DNA of 64,000 nucleotides from Gloeobacterales cyanobacterium. Its GTDB lineage: Bacteria; Cyanobacteriota; Cyanobacteriia; Gloeobacterales; PMM-0068. The translations under genes were made by a program, and so were the position numbers. The stretch is from contig JBBRSB010000001.1 in NCBI GenBank assembly GCA_038245785.1, forward strand, positions 160,001 to 224,000, read 5' to 3'. Under the pieces are notes generated by a model. It was not told the DNA's origin. It ran no database searches and saw only the letters and a list, made by a program, of their open reading frames with translations. Every line of letters begins with the position of its first letter. The stretch's first letter is position 1. Below, one piece after another: positions 58,301 through 64,000 of the stretch.

Positions 58301-61300
58301 CCACTCCTGAGCTAATGCCTTTACTGGCATTTGAAGGCGTGAACCTGTCTCTTCGATATGGTAATACTGCTGAGTCTGCCTATGGCTATGCCAGCTATGG
58401 CGTGATTCTCTGCGGTGTATTGGAGAATATTGATGAAGGCTACCAATTTGGCAAATTGGCCATGAATGTTTTAGAGCAGTTCAACGCTAAAGCTATCAGA
58501 GCCAAAACAATTTTTGTAGTGACTAGTTTTATCAACCACTGGAAACAGCATGTCGTTGATGGATTGAAGTCTTTATCAGATGCCTATCAAGCCGGATTAG
58601 AGACGGGAGATCTTGAGTTTGCAGCCTATTCGGCATATGTTCTTTGCTACCATTCCTACTTTGCTGGTCGAGATCTCACAGAGCTAGAGTTAGAGATGGC
58701 GAACTATCGCCATACAGTCGCCCAGCTTAATCAAGAAGCAACGCTGAACTTGCTTGATCTATACCAGCAAACAGTGCTGAATTTAATGGGAAGATCGGCA
58801 AACCCATGTCGATTGCTTGGAGAAAACTATGATGAAGCGATTAGACTGCCTCAGGCATTACAGGCCAATCACAGAACAGCAATTTTTGATATCTATTTCC
58901 AAAAGATAATTCTCAACTATTTATTTGAACAATATGATGAAGCTGCCCAAAATGCAGAGCTAGCAGCAACCTATATAGACGGAAAACGTGCATCTCTATC
59001 AGTCCCTCTCTTCTATTTCTATGATTCATTAGTTCAACTAGAGCGGTATAGTTCACTCCCTCAATCTGAACAAAAACCACTTCTGCGTCGTGTCACCGAA
59101 AATCAGAAAAAGCTGAAGCAGTGGGCGCATCATGCACCGATGAATCATCTGCATAAGTTCCATTTGGTTGAGGCAGAGCACGCGCGCGTGCTCAAGCGCT
59201 ATCTGAAAGCGATAGCGTACTACGAGCAGGCGATTGCTCTTGCAAAAAGTCATGGCTATATCAACGAAGAAGCCCTGGCCTATGAACTGGCTGCTAAGTT
59301 CTATCTCACCTGGGGAAAAGAAACCATTGCTCAAACCTATTTGGCTCAGGCTTACTGTGCCTATGCCCGTTGGGGAGCTAAGGCGAAAGTAGAGGATCTC
59401 GAAATCCGTTATGCAAGCTTACTTACTTCTGTTCTTGATAAGCAAACCAATCAACTGCCCGAAGGCATTGGCCCTGTAACAGTTCCTTCCAACCTCAAAC
59501 AGTCTGGGACCCCAACGAGTTCTCAAAACCTAGATCTTGCTACGGTCGTAAAAGCATCTCAGGCGCTCACGCGAGAAATCCATTTAGACCAACTCTTAGC
59601 TTCCTTGATCAAAGTTTTAGCTGAGAATATGGGAGCAGAGAAAGGGATTTTTATCCTTATTGAAAAAGATGAACCGTTCACGGCTGCCCAATATCCAGTC
59701 GCTCTATCCGAGAGGGATAGGTCGGCAGGAGCGTTGCAACCATATTTACGCAATATCCAAGATTTTCCAGTTACGCTCACTAATTACGTAGCACGGACCC
59801 ACGAAATCCTGGTCCTCCATGATGCCACTACGGATCCAATCTTTGCTGCTGATGCCTATATCATTAAGCGGCAGCCTAAGTCGGTTTTGTGTGCTCCTAT
59901 TGTCAATCAAGGTAGCTTGATCGGCATCTTGTACCTGGAAAATAATTTGACAACGGGAGTATTTAACAGCGACCGCTTGGCAGTACTGAATATCCTCACC
60001 GCTCAAGCCGCTATTTCCCTACAAAATGCTCGTCTCTATGAACGCATTGAAGATTACTCACATACCTTAGAGTTAACAGTCAAAGAGAGAACGCAAGAGC
60101 TGCAGCAGCTTACCCAAGACCTGCAGCAAGAAGTACACGAACGGCAGGAGGCTTTGCGCGATCGCATCTCTGCAGAAATAGCTTTGCGCCAATCAGAGGA
60201 AAAATTTTCTACAGCCTTCCAAGCGAGTCCGAATCCGATTGCGATTAGCATCCTTGAAACGGGACGCATTATTGAGGTCAATGACAGCTTCTGTCGCGCC
60301 TCTGGTTATGCTCGTGAAGAATTAATTGGGAAAACTTCTTTTGAAGTAAAGCTTTGGGTCAATCCCCATGAGCGAAACAAGCTCAGACAGACCTTAAAGC
60401 AGCAAGGAGCCGTTCGCGATCTAGAATTTCAAACTCGCACCAAATCTGGCGAAATCAAGACAGCGCTTCTGTCTACACAGGTGATTAATATAGACAACAC
60501 CCCTTGCCTGCTAACCGTAGTCAACGATATTACAGAGCGCAAGCAAACAGAAGCAGCCCTCCAACAGGCAAAAGAGTCTGCAGAAATAGCCAACCGCGCA
60601 AAGAGCGAGTTCTTATCGAAGATGAGTCATGAACTGCGCACTCCGCTTAATGCAATTCTTGGTTTTGCCCAGTTGATGAGTATCGACCCAGCACTAAGTA
60701 CTGAGCATAAGGCCGATCTAAGCATCATTAATCGCAGCGGAGAGCATTTGTTGAAGCTAATCAATAATGTTCTAGAGATGTCCAAGATTGAGGCAGGAAA
60801 AGTTGTACTCAACGAAAGTAGCTTTGACCTCTATCAATTGCTCGATAATCTTCACGCCATGTTGCAACTCGAAGCAGCATCCAAGGACTTGCAGCTCATC
60901 TTTGAACGGGCCTCCAATGTACCGCAAAGGGTTAAAGCGGACGAAGGTAAATTGCGTCAAACGCTGATCAATCTTCTGGGTAATGCTATTAAGTTTACGG
61001 CTCAAGGGAGCGTCACCCTAAAGGTCAGAGCAGCGCAAGGACTTAATGCTCTATCCTCTACGACCTATGTCCTATCCTTTGAGGTTGAAGATACAGGCTC
61101 TGGTATCGCACCAGATGAAATTGAGCATTTATTTGCTCCCTTTATTCAAGGTAAAAGGGGACAGCAATTTCAAGAAGGAACAGGCTTGGGGCTCTCGATT
61201 ACCCGCCAGTTCGTAAACCTCATGGGAGGTACGCTTACAGCCAGCAGTATCCCAAATCAGGGGACCATTTTTAGATTTGATGTCCAAGTTAGTACGTCAC

Positions 61301-61797
61301 TCCCTGAAGAGGAGCCGCTACAGCAGAACCGCAAAGTGTGTGGGCTAGCCCCTAACCAGCCCTCCTATCGTATTCTGGTCGTGGAAGATGACAGAATAAG
61401 CCGCCTCCTGATGGTCAGGCTTTTAAGGTCTGTAGGCTTCCAGACCCGCGAGGCGGTGAACGGTCAAGAAGCAGTAGACATCTGGCAAAGTTGGCGTCCT
61501 GATTTCATCTGGATGGATATGCAAATGCCGATAATGGATGGATATGAAACAACTCGCCAAATTAGGCGGCTAGAGGAAGAAGACCAAAAGGACCGAGTAG
61601 GGCAAAAATTTGTTTCGGAACCCTATCCAAGCCCAATCATCGTGGTCTTAACGGCAAACGCTTTTGAGGAAAACCGTGCAGTGATGTTGTCAGTAGGATG
61701 TAATGATTTTGTGAGCAAACCCTTTCAGAGAGAAATCATCTTTAGGAAGTTGGCTCAATACTTAGGAGTGGTTTATCTCTACACAGATCTTGGCTAA
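55324..61797 (+). CDS. Hybrid Ser/Thr-kinase-like / AAA ATPase / GAF / PAS / histidine kinase / receiver protein (HstK-type)
   Basis: Kinase-like N-terminus (YMSPEQTGRMNR), GFSGIGKT, DDLQW, GAF (LYLENN), PAS, MSHELRTPLN, GTGLGL and REC (WMDMQMP, KPF). Confidence 0.93.
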   Translation: MVSFPGYLLTDLLCDTSRTQIYRGARQSDQQAVVVKLLKTEYPTLRDLVQFRNQYAVTKNLNLPGVVQPYSLEDYRNGFALVMEDFGGIPLQDYFSRTASQRQAPGQPSNSLSYLGAPREETAFHPLSQDAKAEGDTNSPLMVAQDRSSPLVDSLDEFLTIAIQIVQILEGLASHRVVHKDIKPQHILINPDTAEVKLIGFNLASLLSKEKQEIQNPDVLEGTLAYMSPEQTGRMNRGIDYRTDFYSLGVTFYQLLTGQLPFQSTDPMEIVHCHLARKPVPLNTVNPAVPQMVNDIVLKLMAKMAEERYQSALGLRYDLERCLEQYSAYGNIEAFPLGERDISDSFQISEKLYGRESEVATLLAAFDRVSGGNTELMLVSGFSGIGKTALVNETHKPIVRQRGYFIKGKFDQLKRNIPLSALVQAFQNLMRQLLTESTAQVERWKAKILSALGENAQVLIEVIPELERIIGSQPPAPDLSPGAAQNRFNLLFGKFIQVFATQEHPLVIFLDDLQWAGSDSLKLIQLLMVEIETRYLLLIGSYRDNEVSSSHPLVLTLRDMGDRGAIINQMTLAPLSPEALNELIADTLSCPPERAIPLTEQILQKTQGNPFFSNQFLKSLHQDGLISFDHGCGYWQCDIAQVKWLSVSSNVVEFMASQLRKLPAKTQAVLKLAACIGNQFDLAILAIVYGKSQAETAVDLWEALQAGLVLPSSEIYRFYQGNERFDWWSTGDTETSTATASPWNANTVIEFSVPYKFLHDRVQQAAYSLIPEAQQQTTHLKIGQLLLQNTAPEEQEERVFEIVNQLNMGVDLISQPTERQVLAQLNLAAGQKARASTAYESAADYLAVGISLLSTNSWQQQYGLTLALHETAAEVAYLNGRFEDMEQLAKTVMRQAQCLLDKVKVYEVRIQAYAAQNRLMESVLTALQVLQLFGVKLPHKPRKLKVLLALAATKFTLLGKNIETLIDLPEMTELEQLAIMRIIRSVGSPAYFATPELMPLLAFEGVNLSLRYGNTAESAYGYASYGVILCGVLENIDEGYQFGKLAMNVLEQFNAKAIRAKTIFVVTSFINHWKQHVVDGLKSLSDAYQAGLETGDLEFAAYSAYVLCYHSYFAGRDLTELELEMANYRHTVAQLNQEATLNLLDLYQQTVLNLMGRSANPCRLLGENYDEAIRLPQALQANHRTAIFDIYFQKIILNYLFEQYDEAAQNAELAATYIDGKRASLSVPLFYFYDSLVQLERYSSLPQSEQKPLLRRVTENQKKLKQWAHHAPMNHLHKFHLVEAEHARVLKRYLKAIAYYEQAIALAKSHGYINEEALAYELAAKFYLTWGKETIAQTYLAQAYCAYARWGAKAKVEDLEIRYASLLTSVLDKQTNQLPEGIGPVTVPSNLKQSGTPTSSQNLDLATVVKASQALTREIHLDQLLASLIKVLAENMGAEKGIFILIEKDEPFTAAQYPVALSERDRSAGALQPYLRNIQDFPVTLTNYVARTHEILVLHDATTDPIFAADAYIIKRQPKSVLCAPIVNQGSLIGILYLENNLTTGVFNSDRLAVLNILTAQAAISLQNARLYERIEDYSHTLELTVKERTQELQQLTQDLQQEVHERQEALRDRISAEIALRQSEEKFSTAFQASPNPIAISILETGRIIEVNDSFCRASGYAREELIGKTSFEVKLWVNPHERNKLRQTLKQQGAVRDLEFQTRTKSGEIKTALLSTQVINIDNTPCLLTVVNDITERKQTEAALQQAKESAEIANRAKSEFLSKMSHELRTPLNAILGFAQLMSIDPALSTEHKADLSIINRSGEHLLKLINNVLEMSKIEAGKVVLNESSFDLYQLLDNLHAMLQLEAASKDLQLIFERASNVPQRVKADEGKLRQTLINLLGNAIKFTAQGSVTLKVRAAQGLNALSSTTYVLSFEVEDTGSGIAPDEIEHLFAPFIQGKRGQQFQEGTGLGLSITRQFVNLMGGTLTASSIPNQGTIFRFDVQVSTSLPEEEPLQQNRKVCGLAPNQPSYRILVVEDDRISRLLMVRLLRSVGFQTREAVNGQEAVDIWQSWRPDFIWMDMQMPIMDGYETTRQIRRLEEEDQKDRVGQKFVSEPYPSPIIVVLTANAFEENRAVMLSVGCNDFVSKPFQREIIFRKLAQYLGVVYLYTDLG

Positions 61798-61932
61798 GAG
61801 ATAACTTCACTTCCAGTCAAGAATGTTCTAGTTATGACAATCTGTATTAGTTTATACTTCTCTTCTTGATTCAGCTAATGAATAAGTAGGCGTTAACCTA
61901 TCCTTAGAATGAAATATTTTGAGGTAATATAG

Positions 61933-61974
61933 GTATTGCAATATACATTGCCAGTTTGCCATGATTACTAAACT
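61933..61974 (+). promoter_or_regulatory. Putative NtcA-activated promoter
   Basis: GTA-TTGCAATA-TAC (61933-46), 22 nt, then TAAACT (61969); second GTA-N8-TAC at 61844-57. The region is AT-rich, so a chance match is possible. Confidence 0.45.
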
Positions 61975-62184
61975 CTTTAGGAAATGAATATATAAACTCT
62001 TCAACTAAATTGTTAGAAAAATAGAAACAGAGATTATCGAAAGATTAGCCAACCCGATCTAAAGATCCTTCAATTGCATTTCTACGAACTCAAGCTTATG
62101 TTGTGAAGAAGGTTTATTCTTTCTTCTATGAATTCTCTGGAATTCGTTGGATGGGCCTTTATTCATTAATTTTGGCAACGGACT

Positions 62185-62844
62185 ATGGCTAACTCTCTTG
62201 CTTCTTTAAATATGGACAGTTTCAAACTCATGCTTGAAGAACTCTATCGAGGGCGCCCACTTTGGTCCTACTCTCCGGGTAGAAGGATTCCTCTTTTCGA
62301 AGATGAAATGTGTATTGTGCATCGCGGTATTATCCGCACACAGACCTTGCAGCAGGGGGGGGAGGAGTCCATTGTAGGTATAGTAGGCCCGATGATGCCT
62401 ATTTCCCCAAAATTTACGATGCTCAATTCCTACGAAGTCTATGCTTTAACGCCCGTGGACCTTTTGCGCCTGAAATGGGATGAAGTCTATAGATCTAATG
62501 ATTTGATGCGAGAGTTAAACCGCACCTTGATCCAGCGGCTCCGTCATACTGAAGTGTTGCTTGATTTAAGGAGTAAACGTCAAACCAGTGAGCGTTTGAT
62601 TGCCTTCTTATCCTTCTTGGCTCAAGAATATGGTAACCCAACGCCTCAAGGGGTCCGCTTAGAGGTTCAGTTAACCCATCAGCAGATAGCTGATGCCATT
62701 AATACAACACGGGTTACTATCACACGGTTGTTGGGAGTACTTAAGAAGGCCTCTATGGTTAAGATAGGGCAAGACCGTTCTATTTATGTCATGCCTGGAC
62801 TATCCCATAGTCAAGACTTTAGTTTTATGATTAAGAATAGGTAA
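62185..62844 (+). CDS. Crp/Fnr-family transcriptional regulator
   Basis: C-terminal HTH LTHQQIADAINTTRVTITRLL; degenerate cNMP-like N-terminal domain. Confidence 0.9.
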   Translation: MANSLASLNMDSFKLMLEELYRGRPLWSYSPGRRIPLFEDEMCIVHRGIIRTQTLQQGGEESIVGIVGPMMPISPKFTMLNSYEVYALTPVDLLRLKWDEVYRSNDLMRELNRTLIQRLRHTEVLLDLRSKRQTSERLIAFLSFLAQEYGNPTPQGVRLEVQLTHQQIADAINTTRVTITRLLGVLKKASMVKIGQDRSIYVMPGLSHSQDFSFMIKNR

Positions 62845-62940
62845 AAAGTTAGGCAGAATAATTCAAATACACATCTCAATCTAGTTTTCAGCAATTAGGC
62901 TTGCTTTTCTCCAAGGACTGAGTAGCTAGGTAGAACTAAG

Positions 62941-62987
62941 AAGACCCCCTATAGTCCCCCTTTGCAAGGGGGACTATAGGGGGTTTT
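62941..62987. repeat. Dispersed palindromic repeat family A, copy 3 (near-perfect hairpin)
   Basis: AAGACCCCCTATAGTCCCCCTT-TGC-AAGGGGGACTATAGGGGGTTTT between convergent genes. Confidence 0.9.
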
Positions 62988-63008
62988 AAGCCCACCCACT
63001 TACAGCAC

Positions 63009-64000
63009 TTAGTCCTTGGGATAGAAGCTATAGGCAATAGCTGATCCGAAACTTAAAACTCCTGCAATCGGTCCAATCAATAGAATGCCTAAGGAGTGTT
63101 CTTGAGAATAACCAAAAGTAGCAGTAATAAATCCTAAAAGCGCTCCGGCCAGACCAACACTAATTTTGATCGCTAATCCTTGGACCCCAAAGAATAAAGC
63201 TCCTTTCGTTTGCCCCGTAAGCGCGTAGTCCTGGTCTACTTGGTCTGCCACCATCGGGTTTGGGACGGCGGAAATAATCGCTAGAGGAAAACCATTGATA
63301 CCTAAAATGATCAAGGCCCACACAGGGGCAGAGAAAGGCCCCACCGCTTGCCCAATGGTAGAGAGCAGAGGCAGAAAAATCGCGAACAATCCCGTCGCCA
63401 GGATCATCATCTGCCGCTTACCCAATCGGGGTGTCAGCCAGCGGACGGCCAGGAAAGAAGGCAAGGCAACCAGGAAAATGCTTCCTAAATACTTTGATAG
63501 ATCTGCTGCCGGTAGCTGAAGGAGAACGGTCACATAGTAGATTGCAACAGCCCGGACCATATTGAACCCAAGCCAGAAGAGAACTTGACCCGTGACAATG
63601 GCCCGAAACCCTGGGCTGCGCTGGAGAATTCCTATCATTTCTTTCGGGGAAAAACTGGCTCCTGCCCCTTGAATTTTTAAGTTTCGCACTGTGCTTAGAG
63701 GAATGAACATCAGTGCCATCGCCCCGACCATAAATAGGGTGATCATCAAGGGTAGGTTGTTGCCAAGCCGGAAAAGAGCAAAGCCAGAAAGGACTTGCCC
63801 CACCAATACGCCCAGCAAGATAATAATCGCCTGCGTATTCGTAATTTTCAGGCGACGCTCTGCTTCCGGGGCTACTTGAGGAATCAATCCTAGGTAGGGC
63901 ACAGCATAGGAAGCTTGGCCGACCAAGGCTACGGATAAGAGGACAAATAAGAGTACGGCGTTTCGCTCGGGTTGGCCGGGGAGTGGGGAATAAAAGAGCG
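63009..64000 (-). CDS. MFS transporter (GPH/MelB-like), 5' end beyond the window
   Basis: Multi-TM protein with PY.GLIP.......ER, MVADQVD.D...TG....ALFFG; the frame appears to continue to the window edge. Confidence 0.8.
   Translation of the reverse strand, partial: LFYSPLPGQPERNAVLLFVLLSVALVGQASYAVPYLGLIPQVAPEAERRLKITNTQAIIILLGVLVGQVLSGFALFRLGNNLPLMITLFMVGAMALMFIPLSTVRNLKIQGAGASFSPKEMIGILQRSPGFRAIVTGQVLFWLGFNMVRAVAIYYVTVLLQLPAADLSKYLGSIFLVALPSFLAVRWLTPRLGKRQMMILATGLFAIFLPLLSTIGQAVGPFSAPVWALIILGINGFPLAIISAVPNPMVADQVDQDYALTGQTKGALFFGVQGLAIKISVGLAGALLGFITATFGYSQEHSLGILLIGPIAGVLSFGSAIAYSFYPKD

Noticed and set aside
18269..62987. Palindromic repeats as a CRISPR array or IS ends
   Set aside because: Copies are single and 9-35 kb apart, with no spacers, cas genes, transposase or target-site duplications seen.

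Overview
Chromosomal window from a cyanobacterium (petC-petA, ndhN, raf1, ispG, hemA, DUF3067, xisH/xisI). It is probably a Gloeobacterales member: the PetC insertions are Gloeobacter-like, HIP1 sites are scarce, rplK stands alone and the PspA/IM30 protein lacks the Vipp1 terminal helix. This placement is inference from recalled sequences, not a database result. Most of the window is housekeeping genes. Accessory regions: (i) 1-1.9 kb, a translationally coupled GT28 glycolipid synthase-like gene and GH1 glycosidase; (ii) 2.8-6.0 kb, a cytochrome b / small membrane protein / mono-haem DHC-type cytochrome c / OmpR regulator / histidine kinase operon with TTCAT direct repeats; (iii) 6.8-14.9 kb, a defence/toxin-antitoxin island with an AAC(6')-Ib-like acetyltransferase, three inactivated toxin or nuclease genes, yhcG plus an orphan type I hsdR, higBA and DUF433/DUF5615; (iv) 35.5-38.9 kb, a second mini-island with DUF433/DUF5615, a hydrolase remnant and an AIPR gene. 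Other notable items are two unusual domain fusions (PilX-like pilin + PilP/GspC-HR; ComEA-type SLBB + matrixin), a candidate ~170-nt structured ncRNA next to trpA, two families of short palindromic dispersed repeats (one carrying nested micro-insertions), a subfamily-II IDH and a giant hybrid kinase with a degenerate Ser/Thr kinase domain. I found no rRNA, tRNA, CRISPR array, transposase or integrase.
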